A DNA stretch of 64,000 nt from an uncultured candidate division Zixibacteria bacterium (GCA_963713865.1 OY970208.1:2048001-2112000); one strand, 5' to 3'; shown: positions 27,205 to 37,963, counted from the first letter of the stretch. Numbers and translations are program-made. Notes: generated by a model from the sequence alone, not told the origin.

Positions 27205-28452
27205 TTATCCTTCTACACTTTCTATAAGCCCCCCACCAATCACCTTTTCCCCTTCATAGAAAACTGCTGACTGACCTGGAGTGATTGCCCTTTCAGGTTT
27301 TTCAAATTCGACTAAAACCCTTAGTGGAGTGCAAGAGCTTGCTCTTGCATTTCTTCCATAAGCATCAGCCTCAAGGTCAACATCGACAAGCTGATGCATT
27401 CCTGTATCTTGCCACCTCTTCACATCTTCGGGAAATAGAGAAATTGTGGCTTTTGCAGGAGAATGCAGGTACCTGATTTTAACTGAACAGTTCAATTTTT
27501 CTTTGAGCTCAGGGATGGAAATCCAATTCAATTGAGACACAATAAAAGTAGTCTTAAAGAGGTCTTTGTTCTCACCTATATAAATCACATTTTCATCCGG
27601 GTCGATTTTAACCACATACAAAGGCTTTCCAAAAGCAATCTTCAGCCCTCTTCTCTGCCCGATAGTATAAAAAGGAACCCCTTTATGCTCGCCAATTTTT
27701 TTCTTCTTTAGATCATAAATAGGTCCAGGCTTTATTTGGTCAGAAAATTTTTGCAAAGCTACATCGTTCCATTCTTTTAAAAAACGCTCATAATCATCAT
27801 CCGGCACAAAGCAAATCTCCTGGCTTTCTTCTTTGAAAGCAGTTTTTAGATTATATTTTTTGGCTAACTCCCTAACCTCTTTTTTAGTCAGCTCCCCTAA
27901 GGGGAAAATCGTCTTGGAGAGATTCTCCTGAGACAGTCCCCATAAGGCATAAGACTGGTCCTTCTGAGCATCGATACCTTTTAGAAGTAGAAACCTTTTC
28001 TCTTTTTCTGAGTATTTTATCCGGGCATAATGACCAGTAGCCAGAAACTCTGCCCCAAGTTCTTTCGCTCTATCCCATAGCAGTTTCCATTTTATCCCAG
28101 TATTACAAACTATACAGGGATTAGGAGTTCTCCCCTTTTTGTATTCCTCTACGAAATTATTAATAACCTTATCTTTGAATTTTTCTTTGAAATCCAAAAC
28201 ATAATGGGGGATTCCAAGTTTTTGGCAGATATTCCGGGCATCATTCATTGCTTCCAGTGAACAGCACCTGCCATCTTTATATAAATCTCCTCCGACATCT
28301 GAATAATCCCAGAGCTTGAGGGTAATCCCGATAACCTCAAAACCTTTATCTTTTCCTAAGGATTCAGATTCGGATAATAGAAAAGCTGCCAGTGATGAGT
28401 CCACCCCGCCAGACATCGCCACCACCACCTGCGGTTTTGATGTTTTTATCAT
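27205..28452 (-). CDS. mnmA: tRNA 2-thiouridylase MnmA, with two in-frame insertions
   Basis: AMSGGVDSS, TPNPCIVCN, ATGHY, KDQSY, ESQEICF, TIGQRRGL, AITPGQSAVFY. Confidence 0.95.
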   Translation of the reverse strand: MIKTSKPQVVVAMSGGVDSSLAAFLLSESESLGKDKGFEVIGITLKLWDYSDVGGDLYKDGRCCSLEAMNDARNICQKLGIPHYVLDFKEKFKDKVINNFVEEYKKGRTPNPCIVCNTGIKWKLLWDRAKELGAEFLATGHYARIKYSEKEKRFLLLKGIDAQKDQSYALWGLSQENLSKTIFPLGELTKKEVRELAKKYNLKTAFKEESQEICFVPDDDYERFLKEWNDVALQKFSDQIKPGPIYDLKKKKIGEHKGVPFYTIGQRRGLKIAFGKPLYVVKIDPDENVIYIGENKDLFKTTFIVSQLNWISIPELKEKLNCSVKIRYLHSPAKATISLFPEDVKRWQDTGMHQLVDVDLEADAYGRNARASSCTPLRVLVEFEKPERAITPGQSAVFYEGEKVIGGGLIESVEG

Positions 28453-28468
28453 TTCCTGTAAATCCGAT

Positions 28469-28846
28469 TTAGGATTTTTTATTTCTATTCTTGTAATCTT
28501 CTATAGCTTTATGTAAAGCATCAGCCGCTAAATTTGAACAGTGCATTTTATTAGCAGGAAGCCCATCTAATGCTTCAGCCACTGTCTGCTTGGAAATTTT
28601 CTCTGCCTCTTCTAAAGTCTTATTTTTAACCAGCTCCGTGATCATACTCGAAGTCGCAATAGCGGCGCCACATCCAAATGTTTTGAATTTCGCTTCCGTA
28701 ATCCGATTATCCTTTACCCTGATATAAAGTTTCATAATATCGCCACATACTGGATTACCGATTTCCCCTACACCGTCAGCATTTTCAATTTCACCCACGT
28801 TTCTCGGGTTTTGAAAATGTTCCATTACTTTAGCGCTATATGGCAT
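28469..28846 (-). CDS. iscU: Fe-S scaffold IscU/NifU
   Basis: HFQNPRNVG, NPVCGD, FGCGAAIA, KMHCSNLA. Confidence 0.95.
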   Translation of the reverse strand: MPYSAKVMEHFQNPRNVGEIENADGVGEIGNPVCGDIMKLYIRVKDNRITEAKFKTFGCGAAIATSSMITELVKNKTLEEAEKISKQTVAEALDGLPANKMHCSNLAADALHKAIEDYKNRNKKS

Positions 28847-28896
28847 ATTATCCTCTTTTTATATAATTAGTTATATTATTATCTTAGAGTATTACA

Positions 28897-30069
28897 CTAA
28901 GCCTTCTCTTTTTGATAAATAGGCGACATAGCTCTCAATCTTGAAACTATCTCTGGCAGCACTTCGACCGCATAATCTATGTCATCTATAGTATTACTCC
29001 TTCCAAAACTAAACCTTAAAGAACTCTGGGCTAAATCCGGAGGCACTCCCATAGCAGAGAGAACATGAGATGGTTCCAAGGTACCTGAAGTGCAGGCAGA
29101 GCCTGAAGCAACTGCTATCCCCTTTAAATCCAGGCTCAAAATAATCGACTCGCCTTCTACTCCCTTAAAGGAAAGGTTTAAGGTATTCGGGATTCTAAGC
29201 TCAGGATGACCATTTAGATAAACATCCGGAATTTTTTCTGTTATCCTCTCAAAAAATCTCTCGGAAAGATTTTTCAATCTATTATCCTCTTTCTCCATAT
29301 CCCTGTTTGCGATCTCAAGTGCTTTAGCCAGTCCCACGATTCCAGGGACATTCTCAGTTCCCGCTCTTCTTGCCTTTTCGTGATGACCTCCATGTGCCAA
29401 GGGAGTTAACCTTACCCCTCTTCTTATGTAGATTGCTCCCACTCCTTTGGGACCATAAAATTTATGAGCGGATAGTGAAAGTAAATCCACACCCAATCTA
29501 TTTACATCGATCTTTATTTTACCTGTGGATTGAACTGCATCCGTATGAAAATAAACTCCATTTTCCCTGGCAATTTTAGAGAGCTCCGGGATAGGCTCAA
29601 TTGTGCCTACTTCATTATTAGCGTGCATTATGCTAACCAGTATTGTTTCTTTTCTGATATTCTTTTTCAACTCATTCGGGTCAACCAAACCGTATCTATC
29701 TACAGGCAGATACGTTACCTCAAACCCTTCTCTTTCTAAAAACTTACAACTCTCTAAAACCGCATGATGCTCTATCTTAGAAGTTACGATATGATTCCCT
29801 TTCTTTGCATTAGCCCAGGCAATCCCTTTAACCGCTAAATTATCCGATTCAGTCCCTCCACTGGTAAAATATATCTCTAAGGGGTCTGCATTTAATAACT
29901 TTGCTACCTTCTCTCTGGATTCTTCTAAAGCTACCTTAGCCTCTCTGCCAAAACTATGGATGCTGGAGGCATTTCCAAAACCTTCTTTATAAAAAGGAAG
30001 CATCGCCTCAAGCACTTCCGGATGAACCGGAGTGGTAGCGTTATGATCTAAATAGATTTTTCTATCCAT
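28897..30069 (-). CDS. iscS: Cysteine desulfurase IscS/NifS
   Basis: YLDHNATT, SGGTESDN, SAHKFYGPKG, SGSACTS. Confidence 0.95.
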   Translation of the reverse strand: MDRKIYLDHNATTPVHPEVLEAMLPFYKEGFGNASSIHSFGREAKVALEESREKVAKLLNADPLEIYFTSGGTESDNLAVKGIAWANAKKGNHIVTSKIEHHAVLESCKFLEREGFEVTYLPVDRYGLVDPNELKKNIRKETILVSIMHANNEVGTIEPIPELSKIARENGVYFHTDAVQSTGKIKIDVNRLGVDLLSLSAHKFYGPKGVGAIYIRRGVRLTPLAHGGHHEKARRAGTENVPGIVGLAKALEIANRDMEKEDNRLKNLSERFFERITEKIPDVYLNGHPELRIPNTLNLSFKGVEGESIILSLDLKGIAVASGSACTSGTLEPSHVLSAMGVPPDLAQSSLRFSFGRSNTIDDIDYAVEVLPEIVSRLRAMSPIYQKEKA

Positions 30070-30512
30070 TTTTTCGAACTCCTTTTGAAATTAATATTTA
30101 TCTTTTCTTTTTTCAAGTCTTTTAAAGTAATGCTGGAAAGCATCTCGTCGATTTTGTCTTCAAGTCTTTTCCATAAAACTCTGGTTATGCAGGTGGAAGG
30201 ACCGGTACAGCTTTTCTCCCTCAAACTCGGGTTATCACAGTAGGAAATAGAAAAAGGTCCATCTAAGGCATTAATAACCTGGCTTACCGTGATTTTATCC
30301 TCATCTAAGGCTAAAATATACCCGCCCTTAGCTCCTCTCACACTTTCCACTATGCCTGCCTTTTTTAACTTATTGAAGATCTGCTCCAGATAATCAATAG
30401 ACATCTTCTGCCTTTTAGAGAGACTCCTCAAATTAACCGGATCTTCTCTCGTAAGGGTGGAGAGATCCAGAAGCGCCCTTAAACCATATCTCCCGCGGGT
30501 TGATATATTCAT
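30048..30512 (-). CDS. iscR: Rrf2-family regulator (IscR-like)
   Basis: STRGRYGL, YLEQI, SVRGAKGGY, three Cys; upstream of iscS. Confidence 0.85.
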   Translation of the reverse strand: MNISTRGRYGLRALLDLSTLTREDPVNLRSLSKRQKMSIDYLEQIFNKLKKAGIVESVRGAKGGYILALDEDKITVSQVINALDGPFSISYCDNPSLREKSCTGPSTCITRVLWKRLEDKIDEMLSSITLKDLKKEKININFKRSSKKWIEKSI

Positions 30513-30541
30513 AAGCTTCCTCTTAACCTATCATCTTTTTT

Positions 30542-30574
30542 AATATACGTAATTCCTACTAAATTTGTCAAGAT
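30542..30574 (-). promoter_or_regulatory. sigma70 promoter overlapped by an IscR-type operator
   Basis: TTGACA-N18-TATATT; ATCTTGACAAATTTAGTAGGAAT resembles the IscR type-1 box. Confidence 0.55.
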
Positions 30575-30589
30575 TAATTTCAAAATATT

Positions 30590-30760
30590 TTACTCCCTTC
30601 TCAAGGAAAGGATTAGCGAGATGAAGAATATGTATTCGCGGCATAAGGGCAGGTTGTCCCGCCAACGGCGGGATACCCCTACCTTATTTTTTATGTGATC
30701 GTCGGGTCCCCTGACCCGATTTGCCTTAGGCGAACCAGGTCAGTCCGCCTCAGGCGGATG
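30590..30760. repeat. Cluster of REP-like palindromes
   Basis: tcccgccaacggcggga (30657-30673) nested in an agggcagg...ccctac element; gtcgggtcccctgacccga; tccgcctcaggcgga (30744-30758, identical to 14218-14232). Confidence 0.7.
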
Positions 30761-30816
30761 GCAAGCACTAAAAATAAAACCACCCTTTTCGTTAAGCCTA
30801 AAGCCCAATGCAATAG

Positions 30817-31476
30817 TTATTTCAATCTCCTTAAAAGCTCTTTTGTAGCTTTTTTCACATCCTCTGCCATAAATATTGCTGAGATAACTGCTATTCTTCT
30901 TACACCAGTTGAGATAATCTGGTCAACATTACTTAAGTTAATACCCCCTATGGGGAAAATCGGAATATGGAGAATCTCATTTGCTTCTTTTATAATCTCC
31001 GTTCCTAAAGGTTTTGCAATATCCTTGGAACTGGTATCAAATATAGGACCAAGCCCGATATAATCAGCCCTTTCCCTCTCCTTTAATTTCGCAGTCTTAA
31101 GGTCGCAGGCAGAAGCGCCAATTATTCTCTCTGAACCCAAGATTTTCCTTGCTTCCTTTATGGGGAGGTCATCTTCACCTAAATGCACCCCTTCCGCATC
31201 AATCAGTTTTGCAACATCTACCCGGTCATTGATAATTAATGGAATTTTCTTTTTTCGGGTGATTTTTTGTATTTCTTTTGCTTTTTCCAGAAATTCTTTA
31301 TCGGATGATTCTTTATCCCGAAATTGGATCATCTGGGCACCACCCTCAATTGCAAGGCTAATCAGTTTTATTAAATCTCTATTCAAGCATAAGCCTGGAT
31401 CAGCAATAGCATAAAGCTGAACCTTTTCCAGAACCTTTTCTTTGTTTAATAACTTACTTCTTCCTGGCATTTTCAA
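30817..31476 (-). CDS. thiE: Thiamine-phosphate synthase
   Basis: IQFRDK, IINDRVDVA, GVHLG, IGGI, IAVISAI. Confidence 0.9.
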   Translation of the reverse strand: MKMPGRSKLLNKEKVLEKVQLYAIADPGLCLNRDLIKLISLAIEGGAQMIQFRDKESSDKEFLEKAKEIQKITRKKKIPLIINDRVDVAKLIDAEGVHLGEDDLPIKEARKILGSERIIGASACDLKTAKLKERERADYIGLGPIFDTSSKDIAKPLGTEIIKEANEILHIPIFPIGGINLSNVDQIISTGVRRIAVISAIFMAEDVKKATKELLRRLK

Positions 31477-32197
31477 TTAAAGATTTGAATATAAGTTTTG
31501 AGTTTTTCTTTTCAAAGTCAACTTCCGGATGCCATTGAACTGAAAGCAAATAGTTATCTTTGATGCTCTCCATTGCCTCAATTACCCCATCCTCCTTAGA
31601 CCAGGCAGTTGCTGCAAATCCTGGGGCAATCTTTTTTATAAGCTGATGATGGCTGGTATTAACCACAATCTCTTTTTTACCAATTATTGAAAATAATTTT
31701 GAATCTTCTTTTATAATTGCTCGATGCCTCTTTTTATAATTTATAATTTTACTCCCTTTATGATCAAAAGTAGGCTCATCTCTTAAAGACAAGTCCTGAT
31801 AAAGCGTACCTCCAAAAGCTATATTTATCACCTGATGACCACGGCAGATTCCTAAAATTGGAATTTTTCTATCTCTTGCTTTTTTAACCAGTTTTAATTC
31901 AAATTTATCTCTGTCCGGGGTAAGTTTTACACTCTCATGCTCAATTTTTTCCCCGTAATAAATCGGATGAACATCATACCCACCACTTATCAGGATGCCA
32001 TCTACTAACTCTAAAATCTCTTCGATTAAACTTAATTCTTTCAGGTTTGGTAGTAGTATTGGCACACCTCCAGCCTTTTCAATAGCAAAATAATATTGCC
32101 TCTTAAGATAATCAAAAGGGTAGATCACCGGATATTTTCTCTCCCGATCTTCTTTCTCTTCTATACTGCAGGTAATCCCAATAATCGGTTTCTTCAT
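31454..32197 (-). CDS. Peptidase C26 / gamma-glutamyl-gamma-aminobutyrate hydrolase family
   Basis: LGICRGHQ, VNTSHHQ, VQWHPE. Confidence 0.9.
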   Translation of the reverse strand: MKKPIIGITCSIEEKEDRERKYPVIYPFDYLKRQYYFAIEKAGGVPILLPNLKELSLIEEILELVDGILISGGYDVHPIYYGEKIEHESVKLTPDRDKFELKLVKKARDRKIPILGICRGHQVINIAFGGTLYQDLSLRDEPTFDHKGSKIINYKKRHRAIIKEDSKLFSIIGKKEIVVNTSHHQLIKKIAPGFAATAWSKEDGVIEAMESIKDNYLLSVQWHPEVDFEKKNSKLIFKSLIENARKK

Positions 32198-32262
32198 CTA
32201 ATCGTCTCTTTTTTTAGTCTTTTTATCCGTCATTCGTTATTCGTCATCCGGTATTTAACTTA

Positions 32263-34161
32263 TTAAAAAGCATAAAGAATTGCCAGGTGAAGCCTCCCCT
32301 TTACGGGATCGCCGTCTCTCAATATCCTCCTAGCGTAGTCTAATCTTATCGGACCTATAGGCGTAAGAAATTGCAAACCCAACCCGCCGGTTAACCTGAT
32401 ATCTGGCATATTAAAATTTTTAGGCTCAAACCGAACATTCCCGGCATCCAGGAAAAGCGTATAACCAAATTTCCAGAATAACGCTCTTCTAATCTCGGCA
32501 TTAGCTAAAAGCATAAGGCCCCCCCCAGTATTATTACCTTCCGAGTCTTTAGGACCCAAAGTGTTCTCCGAATAGCCTCTTATAGTATAAGCTCCCCCGG
32601 CATAGAAACGGTCGAATGTAGGAACATATTTATCCTTGAATAGCTTCTGTACATATCCGAGTTTGACCCTGGTTGCCAGCACATTCAATTCCCTTGGCTT
32701 ACCTAATGGATTATACCTGCTCCAGGTTAATATAACTTTGTAAAAATGGTTATCCCCTTTTAAAAATCCACCTACCAGCTCATTGTATAATTGAAAATAT
32801 GATCCGGAAACCGGAACAAAAGGATCTGTGCGGGTATCCTTCTCTATAGAAAAATTTACCAACCTGCGAATATTGATCCCCTGCTCCTTTTTAAACTCTT
32901 CTAACTTATCTGGAGAGAGGTCATAAACCTTAACCTGCTGATAGCTGAAAGTTAAGTAGAATTTGATAAACCGTTTATGCTCCCGGCTAAAATTGAAATT
33001 CCCGCCATAAGATTCTATGCGATAAGGCTGGATTATACTCCTTACCCCCGGTTCATAATAAAGGTCAAAATTAAATGGTGTTCTTGTTCCCAAAAACCAG
33101 GGCTCAACAAAACCAAATTTGAATCGATTGGAAAGATTTTGCCAGTTTTTGAAAATAACAAAGCTGGTGAAGCCCGACAGGTAAATTTTTCTTGCAGTTC
33201 CCGCTAAATTCCGATTACCCCATTCCAAGGTTAAATCAGAGGTGGTTAAGTCAGCTACTAAATTCTGGGGCTGGTATTGTCCCATTCCTAACTTTAAACC
33301 AACATAACTCGGCTTCCTTTCTGCCACTTTCAAAACAAAATCCGGGTTCTCCGGTTTCTCTTCAGGTTTTTTCACCTCTAAGCTTATATAGTTGAAAAGG
33401 CCTGTAGAATATTCCCTTTGTTCGCTATCCAAAATTTTCTCCCGACTGTAAATCTCTCCTTGCTTTATGACCAGTTCCCTTCTGGCAACCTTTTCGTCAG
33501 TTCGAGATAATCCTTCAAAGGAAATCTCTCCGAACTTAACCAGTTTACCTGGTTCTAAAGTGAAATTCACCTGAGCTGATGTAGAATCTTCACTCATCTC
33601 GATTTCAATCTTTATCTGAGAATAAGGATAACCGTTGTTAGCATAGACTGTTTTCAGATTGAAAGCCACCTTATCTAATTTTAAAAGATTTAAAGGTTCG
33701 CCAGATTTCAACGCATCTAATTCTTTTTTCTCCTTGTTAGAAAGATTTTCCAGTCCACCGCTCAGGCTAAAACCCTTAATTCTGGTCTGGACTCCTTCGT
33801 AAACATTAACTTTTAGACTAACTTTACTTTCGGCATCAATCTGGTAATCTATCTTGGTTTTAGCTTGAAGAAAACCATTAGTCTGATAAAGGGTATCTAT
33901 GGTAAACTGGTCATTTTCCAACTTCCATCTATAAAATCTCTGACTTTTGAAAAGGTTATACCATTTGTTTTCTTTAAGGGACATCTCCTTTTTAATCTTT
34001 TTATTTGAAAAGAAGGTATTACCTGATACCTCGATATTTTTAATTATCGGCTTTTCTAAACCTGACGAGCCAGCAGCTATAACCTTCTCTCCCTGAAGAA
34101 AAATGTAAAAAATCAATATTATTAAATAAAAAAAGGGGTTAGAGTAGAATATTTTCTTCAT
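32263..34161 (-). CDS. tamA: Omp85-family TamA/BamA-like outer membrane protein
   Basis: POTRA repeats, GGAYTIRGY, TPIGPIRLDY, terminal Phe; coupled to tamB. Confidence 0.8.
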   Translation of the reverse strand: MKKIFYSNPFFYLIILIFYIFLQGEKVIAAGSSGLEKPIIKNIEVSGNTFFSNKKIKKEMSLKENKWYNLFKSQRFYRWKLENDQFTIDTLYQTNGFLQAKTKIDYQIDAESKVSLKVNVYEGVQTRIKGFSLSGGLENLSNKEKKELDALKSGEPLNLLKLDKVAFNLKTVYANNGYPYSQIKIEIEMSEDSTSAQVNFTLEPGKLVKFGEISFEGLSRTDEKVARRELVIKQGEIYSREKILDSEQREYSTGLFNYISLEVKKPEEKPENPDFVLKVAERKPSYVGLKLGMGQYQPQNLVADLTTSDLTLEWGNRNLAGTARKIYLSGFTSFVIFKNWQNLSNRFKFGFVEPWFLGTRTPFNFDLYYEPGVRSIIQPYRIESYGGNFNFSREHKRFIKFYLTFSYQQVKVYDLSPDKLEEFKKEQGINIRRLVNFSIEKDTRTDPFVPVSGSYFQLYNELVGGFLKGDNHFYKVILTWSRYNPLGKPRELNVLATRVKLGYVQKLFKDKYVPTFDRFYAGGAYTIRGYSENTLGPKDSEGNNTGGGLMLLANAEIRRALFWKFGYTLFLDAGNVRFEPKNFNMPDIRLTGGLGLQFLTPIGPIRLDYARRILRDGDPVKGRLHLAILYAF

Positions 34162-37100
34162 TAATATTCCCAGTAAAGATTCAATCCCAGGTGAAAAAGT
34201 CCCTGTTTGTCCCGGTTACCTTCAAGATAAAAACGTTTGCTTAACCGGTATTCCAACCCTCCTTCCTGACCCGCAGATTCAGTTAGCCGGCGAGTATATC
34301 TTAAATAAACTTTATTGGAAATATATTTCCCTACCGTCACTTCAGATTCCCACAGGGAGAATTTGCCAGGTTCTAAGGGTTTGATCTCAAAAGTCTCCAC
34401 TCCTATATTCCGGGTAGCTAAATTCTCCAGAAAACGATTCGTATAAGCTTCCCCTAAGCTTCCCGCTAATTTGGATTGAAAAAGACTACCACCGCCCGAT
34501 CCAGCCGTAGAAAACCTCTGATGAAAAGCCAAAAGCTCAGCTATTTCTTCCTTGGAATAAGGTGAATCTGTCGCTGGTTTTATCTCTGGAGCAGAAAGAG
34601 TGCCAGTTATGGCGAGCTCTACTTCCTGACCTCTCTGGGCAATAGAATCTTTTACAGAATGGGTAGAGCCATTTAAAGAAGCGGAAACGAGAAAATCTAA
34701 TTTGGGATCAATTTTTTGAATATTATCGAAAACAAAACTTCCTTCTTCTATTTTAAAGGTTGTGCCATAAATGAAATACTTTCCTCTGATTGTCTCCAGA
34801 TTACCCAATAGCTTTAAATCTCCACTTTCTCTGGATAACAGGACCTCTCCCTTCAATTCTGCTTGCATATCCTGATTTAAAATCCAGAAATTGTTATCAC
34901 CTGAAAGCTTTAGCTTCAGATCCCACAGATTCTCCTGAGGGATTGGAGGACCAGCCTTTGCTTGCATCAAGCTGTTGAATGGATCCCTAAATGCTAAATG
35001 AGAAAAAAATATGTCTCCGGAGACTAAAGGCGGACTTAGCCCGGAAATCTCCAAATTAAGATCAATGGTACTTACCAGGTCAGCATATTCATAACTTAAA
35101 GGTAAATCCTTGCCGACCAAAGTTAACTCATATTTGAACCTTTTGATATCACCCAAGTTGATATTCCCATAGAGAAAAAGTTCCCCTTTTATCTTCTTCT
35201 CAGGAAAGACAATATGCCAGAACTTCTTCAGAAGGTTATTATTTGCAATTTTTTCCTGTAAGGCAAAACCTCTGACCTCATCTATATAGAGATTTTCATT
35301 TTCCATTCTCAATTTACCCCGGACCTGAGTGATCGGATTTTGTATGGGAACTAATTTTAAAGTTCCCTGAGAAAGTTCCAGACCCCCTTCTAACTTTGGA
35401 TGAAGCGGGGTACCCGTTATGATAACTTCGCCTTTAAACAAACCCTGCAGATACTCCAGGTCCGGTATAAAAAGATTAATAAGACTGAATCTATTCCCTT
35501 CTCCTTTAAAAACTATATTCTGAGGCTGGTCAAGAAGTCTATCTGATACCGGGTAAAACGAAAGGTTGATGGGGACAAAACCGGAGAGTGAATAATTCCC
35601 ATCCGGATGCATTAGCGAAACTTTCTCTAAAAATAGTTTTTCTTCTTTATATGACATGCTCCCGCTCAAAAACCCTAAATCCACACCTTCATAATTTATA
35701 TCCCTTATCTCCGAATAAAGATTTATCTCCGGGTTTTTAAAATCTCCCTTAAGCTCTACCGTTGCATCTAATTTCCCATCTATTCTTCTTGTCGGAAACG
35801 ACAACCTTTCCCAGGGTAAAACCTGCATATTTTTCAAGTCCAGTTTCAGATTCATTCTCTCATAATAATCCATACTGCCTGAAAGCGAAAAACTCCCGCC
35901 ATTCATTCTAAAATTATTTTCTCTAAATCTGACCTCTAAAGTATCTATCTCGATCCTGGCAGGGATTGCCGATTCTATTTTATTCCCACGGTAATCAAGA
36001 GTTATCTTTTCAAGAGTCAGGTTCTGAGGATACCTGGATATATCCAGATCACCAAAGAACACCAAAGAAAGTGAACTGTTAAACATTCGGGTAGTATCTA
36101 TCCGGATTGAATCACCTTCCAATAAAATCCGGGAAGAAAGCGAATCATAGGGAATTCCCCAGGCATTTCCCTCCAAGAGGAATAACTGTACAACTCCCCC
36201 TTTTCTGCTGATAAATTTTTTTATTTTAATATCCGATTTTAGATCTGAGCAGAAAAGTTTATACCCCCATATCGAATCGGACTCAAATCTACCTTCCAGT
36301 GCAAAATCTGAAAACGGACCTGAAGCTGTGAATTCAAATCTTCCCCTGCCTTCTATCTCCTTAACAAAGGTTTGACCCTTAAAATCTCTAAGGTCTTTGA
36401 AAATCGCTTCCCCTATAAGGTTTAAAGAATCATTAAAGCCGATCCTACCCTCTCCAACTACTTCAGTATTTTTATACCACAGATGAAAATCCTTGTCGAA
36501 CTTTACATCGTCAGTGGTTACAGATAGAGTCCCGGAGGCTTTAGAGAAGCTGTATCGATCAAACTTTCCCGGTTCTAACTCCAAGTTAAAATTCAATTGT
36601 AAATCTTTCTCGTTAAGACCTTTCCCTTTCATATCCAGGTTCCCGGAAAGATTACTGTGCAGGGAAGTGGAAACAATATTTGCCAGATCCAGGCTTTCCA
36701 CCTTCCCCTTGAGCAGATAACTTCCTGGTTTCTCCCCTAAGTTCAGTTCTCCTGCAAGCTGAACTGGCGCCCGGAAGGCTTTACCTCGAAGGGAAAAGAA
36801 GGTGAATTTACTTTTTTCATATAGGAAATCGGTTTTTAATCCGCTTAGCTCTTTACCGAACAGATCGCCATCTAAAACCAGCTCACCTTTTACTCTTTTA
36901 TGATTTCCCTTTAAATCCCCTTCCAGTTTCAACTTTCCCTTTAAATCTACGCCGCTTACCCTTTTTATATCTGCCAGATAAAATGGATCCGCTTTCAAAT
37001 TTAAAGAGAAAGAAAATGGCTTTAAAGTAAAAATCCCATCCTTAAATTCTATTCTGGAATCAGCCGTCTCAAGTTTTAATTTCTCTAAGTAAATTCCCCC

Positions 37101-37757
37101 TGTCTTAATTTTAGACTTGAGACTGAGTTTCTTTAATCTTATAATCTCCTTAGTCCTGGCAAGCAAGCTTCCATTTAAAAGATTTAAATTCATCCCTTCT
37201 CTATCCTTATTTAGAGAAAGAGTAAAATTTATGCTGTCCAGTGCAAAACTTCTTTGAGGACCCCTCAGGTTAAAACTGCCATCCTTAAACAAAATGAAGG
37301 GGAAGGAAAGATTTGAAACAGTCCCGGTTACTCCTGTCTTTTTTTTCAAAAATGGAATCAGAAAGCGCCCGTCCTGGGCTTGTCTTACTTGAAACGCCGG
37401 ACGATAGAATTCAACTAGGCTGAAGCTCCATTTATTCTGGAGAAGATCAAGTGGATTAAAAGTCAGAGTCAGCTTCTCCAGTTTTAAAAGGGTATATTCA
37501 AAACCTCTTTCTGAGTATTCTATCTGAAGATTTTCTACTACTATTTCACCCCAGAGATAACCCCGGATCTTGCCAATTTTAATTTGAACCGGAGTATCCT
37601 TGTCAGTCAGGCTGGATAAATATCTGGCCACCTGGGATTCTAAAAACCTGGTCTGTGTCAATAAAAGATAAAGGGTGAGAAACAAGAAGATTATTATACA
37701 GAAAAAAATCAATGGAATTTTATATCTTTTTTTCATCCTTTGCCTTTTGGTACTCAT
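34161..37757 (-). CDS. tamB: Translocation/assembly module TamB-like protein
   Basis: N-terminal TM, beta-rich body, C-terminal DUF490-like VGKYISNKVYLRY. Confidence 0.8.
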   Translation of the reverse strand: MSTKRQRMKKRYKIPLIFFCIIIFLFLTLYLLLTQTRFLESQVARYLSSLTDKDTPVQIKIGKIRGYLWGEIVVENLQIEYSERGFEYTLLKLEKLTLTFNPLDLLQNKWSFSLVEFYRPAFQVRQAQDGRFLIPFLKKKTGVTGTVSNLSFPFILFKDGSFNLRGPQRSFALDSINFTLSLNKDREGMNLNLLNGSLLARTKEIIRLKKLSLKSKIKTGGIYLEKLKLETADSRIEFKDGIFTLKPFSFSLNLKADPFYLADIKRVSGVDLKGKLKLEGDLKGNHKRVKGELVLDGDLFGKELSGLKTDFLYEKSKFTFFSLRGKAFRAPVQLAGELNLGEKPGSYLLKGKVESLDLANIVSTSLHSNLSGNLDMKGKGLNEKDLQLNFNLELEPGKFDRYSFSKASGTLSVTTDDVKFDKDFHLWYKNTEVVGEGRIGFNDSLNLIGEAIFKDLRDFKGQTFVKEIEGRGRFEFTASGPFSDFALEGRFESDSIWGYKLFCSDLKSDIKIKKFISRKGGVVQLFLLEGNAWGIPYDSLSSRILLEGDSIRIDTTRMFNSSLSLVFFGDLDISRYPQNLTLEKITLDYRGNKIESAIPARIEIDTLEVRFRENNFRMNGGSFSLSGSMDYYERMNLKLDLKNMQVLPWERLSFPTRRIDGKLDATVELKGDFKNPEINLYSEIRDINYEGVDLGFLSGSMSYKEEKLFLEKVSLMHPDGNYSLSGFVPINLSFYPVSDRLLDQPQNIVFKGEGNRFSLINLFIPDLEYLQGLFKGEVIITGTPLHPKLEGGLELSQGTLKLVPIQNPITQVRGKLRMENENLYIDEVRGFALQEKIANNNLLKKFWHIVFPEKKIKGELFLYGNINLGDIKRFKYELTLVGKDLPLSYEYADLVSTIDLNLEISGLSPPLVSGDIFFSHLAFRDPFNSLMQAKAGPPIPQENLWDLKLKLSGDNNFWILNQDMQAELKGEVLLSRESGDLKLLGNLETIRGKYFIYGTTFKIEEGSFVFDNIQKIDPKLDFLVSASLNGSTHSVKDSIAQRGQEVELAITGTLSAPEIKPATDSPYSKEEIAELLAFHQRFSTAGSGGGSLFQSKLAGSLGEAYTNRFLENLATRNIGVETFEIKPLEPGKFSLWESEVTVGKYISNKVYLRYTRRLTESAGQEGGLEYRLSKRFYLEGNRDKQGLFHLGLNLYWEY

Positions 37758-37963
37758 CCTTCCAAAGATTTATAATAATAGTAAAAAAATAGAGGGTCAA
37801 GCATAAAATTGCCTCCTGGTTAATTACGCTCCAGATTATAATTACTCCAGATCTCTATAACCATAGTGATTTAACTCATCCCATATATGTTTTTAAGCGT
37901 CCCTGCCGTCATTCTTAACCATTTTGCGAAAAAGAATGTGCAAAAATAAAACATCCCTAAAAA

